This document shows positions 20,625-33,178 of a stretch of 64,000 bases of DNA, in pieces. The notes under the pieces are model-generated. The model was not told where the DNA came from. It made no database searches and saw only the letters and a list, made by a program, of their open reading frames with translations. The stretch is from Hyaloraphidium curvatum SAG 235-1 (lineage: Eukaryota; Fungi; Monoblepharomycota): NCBI GenBank assembly GCA_025558095.1, contig JAIVFI010000020.1, forward strand, positions 186,001-250,000, in the 5' to 3' direction. A program made the position numbers and the translations under genes. The first letter of the stretch is position 1, and every line of letters begins with the position of its first letter.

Positions 20625-22779
20625 CTACCCGACCCCGCTGTCGGGGCTCACCGCGCTTCCCCCCTCCTCCTCGTTGCTCGCCAGATTCCCCGACTCGGCC
20701 GAAAGCGCCGGGCTTCTCCTCCTCCCCCTGTCCTCCATCTCGACGTCGCCGTCGCCGTCCACGACCGGCACCTCCAGCACCGGCACCGCGCCGTCGCTGG
20801 TGGGCACCACCCCCGCGAAGCTCAGCTGGGGAGGCGGCCTCGCAGGTGACGGCGGGTCGCGCTCCCTGTCCCGGTCCTTGTCGCGCGCGAGCGGCGACGG
20901 CGCGGCGGGGGACCGGCGCACCGAGGGCGGCAGCGAGTGCGAGCGCCGCGATGCGTCGGCGGCCGCGGCGCGGTTGCGCTCGTACCGCAGGCGCGCGGCG
21001 ATGCGGGTGGCGGCAGCGGCGGCGGAGAGGGCCTCCTCGCGGTACTCGGCGAACTCGCGGTTGACCTTCTTCTCGTAGTTGTGCCGCTTGAGCCACCTAT
21101 CGTGGGCGGGTCAGCAGTGTAGACAAGAGCAGCGAGGCGACGGGAGCCCACTTGAGCTCAAACTTGTGCAGGTAGTAATACTCGACGCAGTCCGCCGTCG
21201 TCTTGCGCCCCGCCGTCCGGTTCCCAAACTCGAGCGACACGAGCCAGAAATTGCGCCCGTGCTTGTCCAGCGCGCGCTCGAACGTCTCCTTGTCCTCGGC
21301 CGTGAACACGGCCCGCCTCCGCCTGCGGATCTGCAGGTCCAGCTCCGGATCCGCGACAAACACCGTGTCCACCTCGTTCTGCACCCCCGGGAGCAGCGTG
21401 GGCTTGGCATCCTTCCTGCGCACCTCGGCCCGCCCGTCGGAAATGATGAGATCGGCGCCGTCGCGCAGCGCCCAGTCCGCCCCCGAGCCCTCGGCCTCGG
21501 CCCGCCTCACCGCCGCGCGGTACGACGCCAGCCGTGCCGCCGCCTGCTCGTCCAGCTCGGGCACCGAGGCGGCCTTGCGCTCGTCGTACATGGTGTAGTT
21601 GGCCAGCTCCGGCCCGCCGAGCTCGATCCCCGCGGTGGGGTCGAACTTGTCCCCCGGCACGCGCTTGCGCGCGAGGATGCGCCGCTGCCGGTACAGCTGC
21701 TCCGCGTCCGGGCCGGGGGAGCGCGAGCGGCTCGGCGATCGCTGCGCGCGCGTGCGGGCGAGGTCCCGTCTGTAGGGTCCCGGGGTGCCAGAGCGGCGGG
21801 AGGAGGCGCCGGATTCGACAGAGTGCGAGCGGGCGCGGCGCGAGGAGGGGGCCTCGGAGGCGGAGGTGCGCATGCGCGGGGGAACCGATGATGCGGAGGG
21901 TGCGATCGGGGGGAGGGAGTCGGTTGAAGTGCCGGGGACGGGGAGGGGCGGGTGCGCGGCGAGGCCGTGCGCGAGGGGCGAGCGCGGGGAGGAGATGACG
22001 ATCTCGGGGATATGCAGGGCCGAGGAGCGCGGCACGCCATGCACCGAGTGCGAGCGGATGGGGCCGGGGAGCGTGTCGACGCGTTTGGCGGCGGCAGAGG
22101 CCGATCGAGCGACCTTTGCGGGCACGCGGCGCTGATCGTAGCGCGGCAGCGGTGGGTGGTCCCCGGCGCCGTCCTCGGACGACAGCGACGAGCGGCGCGG
22201 CGGGCGGTGCGGGCGGCGGCCCAGCTCCTCGCCCGACGACGACTTTTCGCCGTCTGCGACGATGTCCATGTCGGCAAAGTCTGCTGTGATCGACGGCGCG
22301 TATGCCGAGCCGACGCCGTCCGACGAGCGCGCCGACGGCGAGCCGTGCACGCGGCGCAGGCCCGACTCGCTGCGGTCATCGTCCGACGGGAAGCCGAGCG
22401 ACTGCTCGCGGTACGCGCGCGCGAGGCGGCCGCGCGGCGAGTCGCCGCGGCGGCCGGGAGACGTGTAGGCGGGCTGGCCGTAGCCCGGCTGGCCGTACCC
22501 GGGCTGCGCGTACTGCCCATACTGCCCATACTGCCCATATTGCGGATATTGCGGGTGCTGCGAATATTGCCCGTAGTTCTGCGGCGGCCCGTAGCTGTGC
22601 GGTGTTTGTTCCTCGGGCGAGCCGGGGTGCTGCCCGCCCTGCTGCGCCAGCTGCCGCGACGACGGCTGCAGCACCGGCCGCGGCGGGCGCGGCGACGGCG
22701 GCGGGCGGCCGCGCGCGTCGAACGCCGCGGCGTCGCCCAGCATGAGCAGCGCCAGCGCGGCCTCGTCGGGCGACGACAT
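20625..22779 (-). CDS. SANT/Myb-domain nuclear protein (NCoR/Snt1-type SANT) with low-complexity N-terminus
   Basis: FTAEDKETFERALDKHGRNFWLVS...KTTADCVEYYYLHK. Q/Y/G repeats (QYGQYG). A short intron (~21097-21151) joins to KWLKRHNYEKK..., ending at 20625. Confidence 0.75.
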
Positions 22780-23299
22780 GGCGCGTCGGACGCGTCGCCG
22801 CCGGATGGTCGGCGGCCAAACAACGCCCCGGCACGGACGGAACGCGGCAACGCGCCGCGCAGGGGCCGAAAGGCCCGCGTGACTTCGTTCCGTGTTTGGC
22901 GTACAAATACCAGAAATTCGCTAGCCAACGTCGCCTCGATCGCGAAATCCAATCGCGGCGAACGGCGCCCGAAAGTGGCTCTGCACGTCGTCTTCGTTGG
23001 CCAAAACACGCTTCGATCATTTCGAGACACGTCTGGACGCGTCGGCTTCGGATTCGGGGGGCCGATCGTGTCCCCGTCTCACCACCTCCCCCAAACCCCT
23101 GTCATCGTCACAGTCCTGCCAATTGGACTCGCCCGACCAATTGCCCGTCAAAGATCGACCCGAAACCGTGTTACTGCCGGGGAATTGCTCACCGATCGAC
23201 TGATTTGCCACGAACCTCGTCACGATTTGCCACGAAGGGGGCCCCTAGAAATGGCGCCGCATCATCGCCCGCGCGATCGAACCCCCGAATCACGAGACA

Positions 23300-24262
23300 A
23301 TGGCCTCCGACCCCGCCGGCCCGCCCGGGGAGCGCATCCTGCGCCTCCGCGACGGCCGCTCGCTCGCCTACACCGAGTGCGGCGACCCCGCCGGCCGCGC
23401 CATCCTGTGCTTCCACGGCGCGCTCGGCGTCGGCGACTTCTCCGCCTTCTCAAAGACCTTTGCCGCCGCGGGCTACCGCGTCGTGGCGCCCACGCTGCCC
23501 GGCTGGGGCAGCTCGTCGCCCTCGGCCGGCGACGTCTGGGCAGCGGCCTACTTCCGCGACGTCGCGGAGCTGCTGGACCACCTGGCCATCGAAAAGTGCG
23601 ACGCCATGGGCGTCTCGTACGGCTCCCTGGCCGCCCTCAACGCCGCCGCCAACCTCCCCGCCCGCGTCGGCCGCTGCCTGCTGATGTCGGGTTTCGCCCC
23701 CTTCCGCCACCCGGGCCTGGACTACTCCCTGGGCATGGGCTTCCAGACCAAGCTCACCATGGGCTGGTTCGCCCGCGCCAACCCCTGGTTCGCGCGCTTC
23801 ACGGCGTCGGCGGTGCGCAAGTACCTCGGCACCCCCGCCGCCGCCGCCAAGTTCGCGCAGGACAACCTCGCGGGGCAGATGAACGCGGACGAGAAGGCGC
23901 AGCAGGCCGCGCTCCGCGCAAAGGACCCGTCGGACCCGCGGCTCGACCCGGCGGTCATGGGGCTCAACATGCACCTCTCGATGGCCAAGTGCGAGAAGGG
24001 GTACACCACGATCCCCCAGAACCTGTGGGACCCGGACCTGTGGGGCCTCAAGTCGCTGGAAGAGTTCCCCGTGCCGTTGTACGTCACGGGGGCGACGGGG
24101 GACGCCTACGCGCCCATTAACCTGCAGCGGTTCCTGGCCAAGACGGCGCCAAAGGGGACCACCAAGATGGTTGAGCATGCGGGCGGGCACCTCAGCTACT
24201 CCTTCCTCTTCGAGGAGCTGTTTCCGCCGTTCGCGGCGTGGGACGGCAAGGGCACCGCGTAG
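23300..24262 (+). CDS. Alpha/beta hydrolase (Abhydrolase_1), intronless
   Basis: LRDGRSLAYTECGDPAG, CFHG, PTLPGWGSS, nucleophile elbow GVSYG, D in GATGDAY, catalytic H in GGHLS. Confidence 0.9.
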   Translation: MASDPAGPPGERILRLRDGRSLAYTECGDPAGRAILCFHGALGVGDFSAFSKTFAAAGYRVVAPTLPGWGSSSPSAGDVWAAAYFRDVAELLDHLAIEKCDAMGVSYGSLAALNAAANLPARVGRCLLMSGFAPFRHPGLDYSLGMGFQTKLTMGWFARANPWFARFTASAVRKYLGTPAAAAKFAQDNLAGQMNADEKAQQAALRAKDPSDPRLDPAVMGLNMHLSMAKCEKGYTTIPQNLWDPDLWGLKSLEEFPVPLYVTGATGDAYAPINLQRFLAKTAPKGTTKMVEHAGGHLSYSFLFEELFPPFAAWDGKGTA

Positions 24263-24319
24263 CGGCAACATGGCGATCGATTCGAAATATCGATGACTGC
24301 CCCGCGGTCCCCGTCGCGC

Positions 24320-26088
24320 CTACTTGCCGATGGCCTTGTGGTACACCGCCTTGACCTTCTCGTCCATCTTGACCGCGGCCTTCTCGCCCCTCTCCAGCAG
24401 CTCCTTCAGCTTGGCCTTGGCCTCGTCCACCGAGATGGCCTTCTCCTTGCCGTCGGCGGTCACGTGCGCCATGCGGGCCTGCGCCTTGCCCGCAACCGCC
24501 GCGCGGACAAAGTCGGCGTAGCGCTTGTAGAAGGCCTGCGAGATGGGCGCGGCCACGTCGACGAGGTGGAAGTCGTGGATCATCTCGTCGTACAGGTCGA
24601 AGGCGATGACGTCGCCCTTGGCCGCACGGGTGAGGGCGAGGCACAGGTCCTCGCTGTAGAGGCGGTCGGCGGTGCCGGTGATGATCTGCCGGGCGCGCGG
24701 TCAGCGGATTGCCCCGCCCGGCGGCGCGGAGGGGCACCCACGTAGGTGGGCGGCATCGCCTTGCCTTCGTCGAGCAGGAAGCTCACGAGGGGGCTCTCGA
24801 TCCCGACGGTCGCGGAGTAGGCCTTGGCGCTGTCAGTGAGCCAGCCGCCGATGGGCAGCATGCAGAGGTCGAACTCCTCGTGGAGGTTGCCCGAGGGGCC
24901 CGAGCAGGTCACTGGAAAGGGCGGCCAAAGTCAGCCGCTGTGCGCGGGGACCCCGAGCAGCTTGGACGCACTGTCGACCCAGGGGGTGAGCGCGGCGATG
25001 GCGGCGGGCATGGGGAGCTCCTTCTGGTGGTCGCGGAGGTAGACCGCCATGCCGTAGGCGAGGCCGCCGCCGGCCGAGTCGCCCGAGAAGACGATGTTGG
25101 AGGCCTTCTCGCCCTGCGCGAGGACTGCGGGGCGAAGAGAGTCAGTACGTCCGCGGGGGCGGCGGGAGCGGGACGCACGCCACTTGTAGACGATGATGCC
25201 GTCGGCGATGCCGGCCGGGGCCTGGTGATCGCGGATCAGCGGGGGGCGGTCGTCGTAAGAGACAGATCAACCCACGGGAGCCTCGGGCGCCATCCTGTAG
25301 TCGACGGAAATCACGCGCAGGCCCTGGGCCGCGATCTCGGAGGTGCTCTGGCGGTGGAGGCCGATGCCGCCGAGCGTGTAGGCGCCTGGAACGAACGGGG
25401 TGGGTCAGGTCCCCTGTTGGCGGTATCGCGGGGGCCACGGATAGGCACCTCCGTGGACGTAGAGCTGAGAACGATGAGGATCGGGTCAGTCTGCGCCGTT
25501 TGCGTGCCGCGGAGGGGTACCCACGACAACGGGGGCGTCGGCGGGCGCGCCGTCCTTGATCTGCCACTCAGCGGTCACCTCGCCCTCGTTCTTCTCCTCC
25601 AGCCCGGGCACCGGCGTGCGGGAGATCTTGACCTGCGGTCGATCGGGGCGTCAGCTCGCCCGGACGGTGGGTCCGGTCCGACGGCGCAAAGTCACCTCCT
25701 TGAGCTTGACGGACTCGTTGTGCGGGGCCGGGGGCGCGGCGCTGAGCGCGTTGCGGAAGCCGAGGAGGTCGCTATTGAACGTCGGGTAGAGAAGGCCGAA
25801 GGCGCCACGGTCTGTTGGGACGGGAGGCAGGGAGTTAGGCCCGCGGGAGACACACATCGGGGAGGGGCCGGGAGGGCCGGCGGGGGGCCGGGCGCCCCGC
25901 AATCCCGCGCATCCGTATTCGGAAACGAGGCGCGGGCCGGTGGTTGGCGGATCGGGCGTGCCGCGGGGCGCCCATGGCGCGGGACGGGATTCCGAACACC
26001 CACACAGAGCGGCGCCGCCCGCAAGCGTGGGCGTCCACGAGGGGAGCGACGGCGGCGGGGGAGCCTGTTCCTCAGCGGCGGCGGCCAT
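24320..26088 (-). CDS. Hormone-sensitive-lipase-family alpha/beta hydrolase (Abhydrolase_3), multi-exon
   Basis: YVHG|GAY, VISVDYRMAPE, FSGDSAGGGLA, ALTPWVD, ESPLVS and MIHDF, distributed over exons separated by short GT-AG introns. Confidence 0.8.
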
Positions 26089-26241
26089 TTCGTCGGTCGG
26101 AGGCTTAAGGGGCGGCGGGGAAGGCGGGGGAGACGATTCGCTTTTTGCCGAGCGCGATCGGACCGCCGCGGGACCCAACGAACGACGCCGAAGGGTCCGG
26201 AATTTGCCACGCTTCGCAGGTTCGAGTGCATCCGATGTGGC

Positions 26242-26620
26242 TTAGCTTCCCTCCAGTCTATTCCGGTTCCTAGCATTGCTTCGCAGCCCGGGGGCACGGC
26301 AGCGGGGCCGGCGCGGTGTTCCTGCGGTAAGAGAGGCCCCCTTAGCTCTCCTTTCCCACCCATTTCGCAACCCACTCATCTGATCCACATTCTCTCTTGC
26401 CATGAAATTTGTTATGCCCTCGTGTGCCGTGGGGCGGAGCTGGTTTCCTTCTTTACGAGGCGACTGCCGTTCGCAACACGCGCACAAACCCTCGCGGAGA
26501 GGCGCAGACCGCGGCAGCAGCTAGCGCGGTGCCTGAGACGTTGAAAGGCCCGCGCACGCGCGGCATCTCCGGCCCCCGGCGGCGCACGGTCCAGTGTTTG
26601 CGATGAATCAGCGCGGCGCC
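26242..26620 (+). repeat. Diverged direct duplication, copy 1 of the PH-gene upstream region and start codon
   Basis: Colinear with 27856-28280: TTCCTAGCATT, GCGGTGTTCC, CTCTCCTTTCCCA, CCCTCGTGTGCCG, AAACCCTCGCGGA, GCGCAGACCGCGGCAGCAGCTAGCGCGG and TGTTTGCGATGAA. Confidence 0.85.
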
Positions 26621-27024
26621 GCCCGCAGTTGTCCTCAACAGCTGAATCCAGGCCGTTCCGATCGGATCCGTCTTACATGCCGGCACGCACAACTCGATCG
26701 GCTGCCGCGTTGGTTTGCCGGGCCAGCCTCCGACGTCCGGGCTGAACGCGTGCGACAGACCTCGTCGAAGGCGCGTTGCCGCCTCGCGTCTCGCACGGGC
26801 CGCAAACGCGGCGTCGATCCATGTCGCCGTAGTCGTCGCCGGCTTTTTCCCTGCGGCAGGCTTGCCCTCGAGCGGATATGGGTTGGATCGGATGGGACAC
26901 CGCGGTCACGGGGTGCGAGGATTTCCTAGGATTCCCGATTCCGATGCGCATGACCAAACAGCCCGCTCTTTTTTTTCAGTCAGGCCGCCCGCATCGAGCG
27001 GTTTCCTTTCCCGCCCGCATCCCG

Positions 27025-27736
27025 ATGCGGCCCCTCGTTGCTGCCGCCGCGCTCGCGGCCTTTGCCGCCCTCGTCGGCTCTTCATCGGCCGCCCCCGCCG
27101 CGTGAGTCTTCCCGCGCTCCCGCGCCGTTCGACGAGTGACAAACACCGCCCGCAGCCAAGTTCCCGCCGCCGTCGCGCCCCAGGTGGCCTTTGCGGCCAG
27201 CTGCGGCGACTGCGACGACGACGCCTACTGGTGACGATAGCTCCCGGGCCGATCGCCGCCGGACCGGGGCGGCTGAACCCGTCCGTCCCCCATCCAGCGA
27301 ATTTTCCTACCCGGACGCGCCGGCCAACACGGTCGCTTGCGTCAAGCACGACAGCACGTTCGTCTCGCTGTATCGGCGGTATTGCTTCCCCACCTGGACC
27401 GTGCAGGACAACGGCGCCGGCAAATCGTGTGACGAAACCGTCCTTGGCGAGACACCGATGGGGTCGGGCTCGTCCTCTGCGGACTTTGCGCAGAACGCCA
27501 CGGCGTGCCAGAACCACTGCGACGACGAAACGGGCACCGCGACCAGCGTGGTCGCCGAGCTTCTCCTCCGCAACGTGAGTGGAGTGCCGACCAACCTGCC
27601 GGACGCGGATGCTGACATGGGCGGATGGAAGGGCGCCATCACGTGCCACTGCGCTGCGGACTCCGTATGCACCGCCGGCACTTTGGCCGACGCTACGGCT
27701 TCGCGTGCCTACATCAATACCGGCGGCTGCAGCTAA
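27025..27736 (+). CDS. Small secreted cysteine-rich protein, three exons
   Basis: Signal MRPLVAAAALAAFAALVGSSSA. Introns at ~27102-27155 and ~27231-27297 give SCGDCDDDAYCEFSYP...CQNHC...CHC...C...GCS. Confidence 0.7.
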
Positions 27737-27855
27737 ACGGCGGGACGGGCTGCTCCACTTCCAACATCCAATGGGGCACTGTTCGTCAAACATTCTTGTT
27801 GCGTGGACTGTGTATTGCTAAAACCGCAGTAATAAACACGCACAGTCGGCCATCA

Positions 27856-28280
27856 TTAGCTTCTCTGCGGTCCGTTCCTGTTCCTAGCATTCCGTCGCAG
27901 TCGGGGGCATGGCAGCGGGCCGGAGCGGTGTTCCCGCGGGAAGAGACGCCGCCTGCGCTCTCCTTTCCCATCCACTTCGCAGCCTATTCATCTGAGCCAC
28001 ATCCTCTTTATCTCACAATTAAGGTGCTTTGTAATTCCCTCGTGTGCCGCGGGGCGGGGCGGGCGGTTGCTTGCTTTGCTGGGCGACGGCATTCGCACGC
28101 GACAACACGGGCACACGCTCCCAATTATCAACCGCCCTTGGGGAAGAAACCCCTCGCGGACGGGCGCAGACCGCGGCAGCAGCTAGCGCGGCGCCTCAGA
28201 CGTAGCGGTACCCGGGCGCGCGCGGCATCCTCAGCCCCCGCGGCGAGCGGCCCATTGTTTGCGATGAAGCAGCGCAGCGC
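27856..28280 (+). repeat. Diverged direct duplication, copy 2 (native upstream region of the PH-domain gene)
   Basis: See copy 1; contains the ATG at 28264 of the downstream gene. Confidence 0.85.
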
Positions 28281-30230
28281 GTTCGCCCCGCCGGTGCGGC
28301 CGGCCGCGCTGCCCGACGCCGCCGCGCCGTCCGCGTTCGCCGCCACGCCGGGGGACGTGCGCGGGCTGCCGCACGCCGGCTCGGCGGCCGCGCTGCCCGG
28401 CCTGCCCCCGCTGCCCGTCATGCACCGCTCGGACACGCAGCAGTCGCTCGACGTGGGCTTCGCGTACCTCGACATCAACAAAACCCGCCAGGGCTCGACC
28501 GCCTCGACCGTGCAGTCGCTGTGGGCCTCGGTGCGCGGCAAGCTGCGCCCGGACGACACCCGCTCGCTGGCCCGCACAGAGTCGGGCGCGACCTTCTCCT
28601 CCGTGCTGCTCGCAGAGGCCGCCGCCGGCGCCGCGGCCTACCAGCCCGAGGCGCTGGCCTCCCTCTACCTGCCGCCCTCGGTCGACGGCTCGGCGCCGCT
28701 CGACTCGGCCCTGTGGAACGCGTGCTGCGGCTCCGGCACCTACTCGGCCCACGACGTGCCCGCGGACGACTTCCGCGCTGGCATCGCGCCGGGGCCCAAC
28801 GGGGGCGGGATCACCGCCGTCGTGCTCTACACCGGGGTGTCGATGAAGGCCGACGCCGCCGTGGCGCAGGGCATGCTGCGCCAGCGGCCGCAGTACTCGC
28901 TGCGCGTCATGGAGGAGCTCGAGAACCACGTCGTCGAAACCGCTCGCAAGATGGAGTCGTCCATGACCCTTCAGGGGTGGGTTGCAGCTCAGGGTGCCGG
29001 GGACGAAACGTCCATGCTGACTGGCGCCGCGCTCGGCAGCTCCTCGACGTCGCTCCCCGGCGTCCCGCTCACCTCCCACCTCATCCCGCGCGGCATACTG
29101 CGCATCTCGGATGTGCAAGTCAGCCCCGCTCCCGGCGTCAAGCTGGTCAGCGCCTTTTGCGTCGTCACCGTCCGGGTGCCCGGCATCGCCGACCAGCGCT
29201 ACACGTCGCCCACCAAGGTGTTTGTGCCGGCGACCGGCAAACAGAGCAACGCGGTCGTGTCGTCCATCGCCTCGGGCTTCGTCCTGTGCGTACCTGCCGC
29301 CCCCGCGTCCGTGATCTCGCTCACCTCCAACCCTCCGCTTCCAGCGACATCCCGATGGCCCAGGCCTCCATCGAGATCCAGGTCTTTGCCTTCAAGGTCC
29401 CCCGCTCCGCCGGCACCGTCAACCGCCTCGGCTCCTTCTTCAAGGGCAAAGCATCCCCCGCCCAGCCCGCGCCGCAGGAACCCGCCCTCCTCGGCACCTT
29501 CCGCCTGACGTTGGGCAAGGGCCCGCAGGAGGTCTGCCAGCCGTCCGCGGCCCCCCTGGAGCTCGCGGATTCCCGCACCGCCAGGGGCGCGGTGCTGCGG
29601 TACGCGGCCATGTACTACATGGACCAGGCGTGGATCGAGCCGGAGGAGGCGGGGAGCGACGCCGCGAGCGTGGTCAGGGCCGAGGGAGGGGGGATGGCGG
29701 AGATGCCGCCGTTCGCGGAGCATCTGACGATCATGACGATCCACAGGGGGAAGCCGGTGGGTGTTTCTTGCGCGCATGCTGGGCGGCGAGGGTAGCGGCT
29801 GACGGGTGTCGTGCAGAACTGGAGGCGCTACTGGGCCATCCTCGGCGACGGCGTGCTAAAGGTCTTTTCCGAGAACTACAAGGGCTCCGCCTTTGCGAAC
29901 AACGAGGCCACCGGCATCCTCCCCATCTCCCGGCTGCTCTCCGTCTCCCCCCCGGACGGCGAGGAGCACTACATCCCCAGCGCGGCCGGGATGCAGCTCT
30001 CCTTTGCCTCCGGCGAGGCCGAGGAGGACCTGCTCTCGGACGCGGCGCAAAAAGCCTGGGCGGCGTCGGCGGTGCAGAACGGCCAGATGCTGTGCTTTGC
30101 CGACGCGCGGGACAAGGCGGCGCAGTGGGCGTGGATGCTGGGGCGGTGGCAGCCCGACTGCGGGGTGAGGGGGTTCGAGATGGGGGAGGGGCTGGGGCTG
30201 CATGTGCTCGAGTCGATCGCGGAGGAGTGA
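28264..30230 (+). CDS. C2-like + C-terminal PH domain protein (anillin/Bud4-like architecture), spliced
   Basis: Beta-rich GILRISDVQV...FCVVTVRV...IEIQVFAF region. PH-like HLTIMTIHRGKP|NWRRYWAILGDGVLKVF...CFADARDKAAQWAWML. Confidence 0.6.
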
Positions 30231-30558
30231 TGGACGGTGGACGGTGGTGGATGGTGATGGATGGTGGAGAGGACCGGAGGATCGGGGACGGGATGTAGAT
30301 TCGCCGAGCCATGTAGTCGCACTGTCGTTGCGTTTGGACTAGACTTGCGTTGAGATCGCAGATTGACACTGATTTGCAGTCGAAATCTACTGCGCGAACA
30401 AGCGACGTGCGCGCGGATACGTGGAAGGAAGACCGCAAATGGACAGACGGGCGTGTGGCTTCAACGAGTGGGATGGCAAACGGATTCACTATTCCAAAAC
30501 GCGGCCCCTGCTCCGAAAACCGGGCAGTAAACCCAAAACTGCGCACGGACGCCCGCGC

Positions 30559-31467
30559 CTAGGCCTGGGCCTTCTTCTTGGAGGGCATGGGGCACGAGTT
30601 GTTCTCGAGCTGCAGCATGGCGAGCACGCGGCCGTAGCCCATGAACTGGCCGATCATCATGGACAGCTCGAGGAACTGCTTCTCGTCGTAGTGCTTGAGG
30701 AGCTCCTGCACGTCGTCGTCGGTGATGTTGTCTGCGCAGGGGAAGGGGCGGTGGGGGTCGGGAGGGCGGGGATAGGCCAGGGGCAACCCGGGGCGCGGCC
30801 GTCAGCCTCCTGCACAGATCTCCCGTCGGAGAAACACCCACGGTGGTCGACACACATTTTCTCGGCAAACATGATTGCGGCCACCTCGGCCTCGGTGAAG
30901 GTGGTGGGCCCCTCGGTGCCGTTGGCGTTGCCGTTGCCCTCCACCTGGTGCCCGTGCAGCTCCTTCAGGTGGTCCACGCCGAACGCCGCCTCGCCCTCCT
31001 CGACGACCTGCGGGGCCATCCGCGCGGCCTTGCACAGCTTGCACCCGTTGAGGGTGGCGATGCGGAGCCGGCAGAGCTCCTTGGTGCGCTGAGGGACCAC
31101 GGAGCCCTCGGCGGTCGAGGTGGCCCAGGGGAGGTACCAGCCCGAGTAGCTGGAGAGGAGGGCGGGGTGCTGGCCGAAGACGCGGAGGTAGCTGGGGCCG
31201 GGGAGGGAGGGGCGGGAAGGATCAGCCGGGCCCAGAGGAGCTAGGCGGTTCCGGATTGTTTCGAGGCCTCCGGAACCGCCCTAGGGTAAAGAACGTACTT
31301 CTTGCCCATATCCGTGGTCTTGGGGTCGTCGTGCGCGGTCTTGAGCGCCTCGGGGAGCTGCTCGGGGTCGAGGAGCTGTATGGGAGACGGGCGGCGCGGG
31401 CCGGGGCGTCAGCCGGTCCGTGGCCCTGGGAATCCGCAGTATAGAGGCCCACCGTGATGCGGGTCAT
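30559..31467 (-). CDS. AhpD / carboxymuconolactone-decarboxylase-family protein, multi-exon
   Basis: MTRIT|LLDPEQLP..., RVFGQHPALL, RTKELCRLRIATLNGCKLC (CxxC), FTEAEVAAIMFAEKM and HYDEKQFLELSMMIG. Confidence 0.82.
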
Positions 31468-31635
31468 CTTTGCGACGTTTCTAGCGGCGTAGGAGCGACC
31501 GAGACGGGCCTGTGTGCCTTCTGTTCGAAGTTCCGGGTGATGTTTGCCGCCGTCCCGCTTCCGCTCCTCGTCACCAGCCACTCGCAAGGCCTCCCTGATT
31601 GAGAGCGTTTACCCGCCGCCGCGGCCTCCGCAAAC

Positions 31636-32403
31636 ATGATGGGGCGGCCTCCGAACAAGCAGCTGACGCTGCTCATGCTCGTGGAAGGGTCGCCGGACGG
31701 TGCTGCTCCGCGGCGGATCCTCCTGGGGATGAAGAAACGCGGCTTCGGAAAGGGCAAGGTCCGCAATCTGCCCGGCGCCGGAAACCCCGAGGCAGCCGTC
31801 TGACGCGTCCGATTCCCTCTCATGGCGGGCATTCCGTCCCTGCGATCTGTCTGCCGCGATCCGACGCGTCTACGCCCCCCGATCCGGACTCATAAATCAC
31901 GGGGGACGCGCGCTTCACCTTTTCCCCCCGACGGCGAACCGCAGTGGAACGGGTTCGGCGGCAAGATCGACCCGGGAGAATCGATTGCCGAGGCTGCGCT
32001 GCGGGAGATGCGCGAGGAGTCGGGGCTGGACGTGCTGGACGCGTCGTACGTGGGCCGCAACATCTTCGAGTTTGTGGGCGAGCCTCTGCTGCTCGAGGTC
32101 CATATTTTCCGGGCGTCCACGTACGCGGGGAAGCTGCTTGAAACCGAGGAGATGCAGCCCGCGTGGTTCGACGTCGCAGACGTACCCTACGACGCGATGT
32201 GGCTGGACGACCGGGAATGGCTTCCGCTCCTGCTCGAAGGGAAGCGGTTCGAGAACTACTTCCTGTTCAGGGGCCACGACGAGATCCTGGAGCGGGACAT
32301 CAGGATCCTGGCGGACGGGGAGGCCTTCACGCGGGATCCGGGGGACAGGCTCGTGGACAAAGTGCAGGAGTCGATCGCGCTGGACCTGGGGATCCCAAGC
32401 TGA
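31636..32403 (+). CDS. NUDT1: Nudix hydrolase, 7,8-dihydro-8-oxoguanine triphosphatase (MTH1/NUDT1-like)
   Basis: ILLGMKKRGFGKGK|WNGFGGKIDPGESIAEAALREMREESGL (Nudix box), TEEMQPAWF and MWLDDREW. Intron at ~31759-31944. Confidence 0.88.
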
Positions 32404-33125
32404 AGGCAGCAGCTGTTCCGCTGCTGGTGCTGGGCGATAGCTCAACGACACCGATACCCAAGTACCTTGGCTTCCCCGTGGATATTGTATCGAGCTCCAT
32501 TGGAATTGCACAGTTCCCACCGATCTCAAGGACCGATGAGCCATTTCGTTCGTTTCCCCTCTTCCAAACGTCAAAAAGGTCCCGAAGAACCGCACGGCCC
32601 GCCCGCACGCGCGGGCTTCAGGGCACGCGCCGGCCGCCTCCTCGCCGGCCGGGACTGCCGCGAGGCTTCCCCTGCAGAGTCGCCCCCGCAGGGTCGCGGC
32701 GGGCCCCCCGGCCGGCCCGCACCGGCGTCTTGATGCCGCCAGAAGCAGCCCTCGGCGCCTGTATTTGCCTTGCGAACGCCTGGCAACGTGGCTTCAGTCC
32801 TCGGCACTCCACTCACTTGCCGGACGCCTCGACCTGGGCTTGCGCTTGCGGCCCCCAGCACCCAACTTACCTTACGGGACGCCTGCCGACCTTGCTTGCT
32901 TGCTCGGATGCCGACGCGGTTGACCGGCCCGCCGCCGTTCCCCCGGCGGCCAGGGTCTCCGGTGCCGCAGCCAGCAGCGATAAAGGGGCTTTCAACCGCA
33001 GGCCCAACAGGGCACCGCGGGCCGCCCGCCCCGATGGGGCCACTCCAGGAACCCGGGGCACCCCCGCCCGCTCGCGCGGACGGGGCCGGGGAACGGAGGG
33101 ACCCGCGCTAGCGGCTATACCGGAC

Positions 33126-33178
33126 CTTGCTTGCTCGCTCGCTTGCTTGCTTGCTCGCTTGCTTGCTTGCTTCTTGCT
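33126..33178. repeat. (GCTT/GCTC)n microsatellite
   Basis: CCTTGCTTGCTCGCTCGCTTGCTTGCTTGCTCGCTTGCTTGCTTGCTT. Confidence 0.8.

Noticed and set aside
21952-26544. Long ORFs 21952-24120 and 24709-26544
   Set aside because: Off-frame or antisense shadows of the SANT and hydrolase genes, expected at this GC content.
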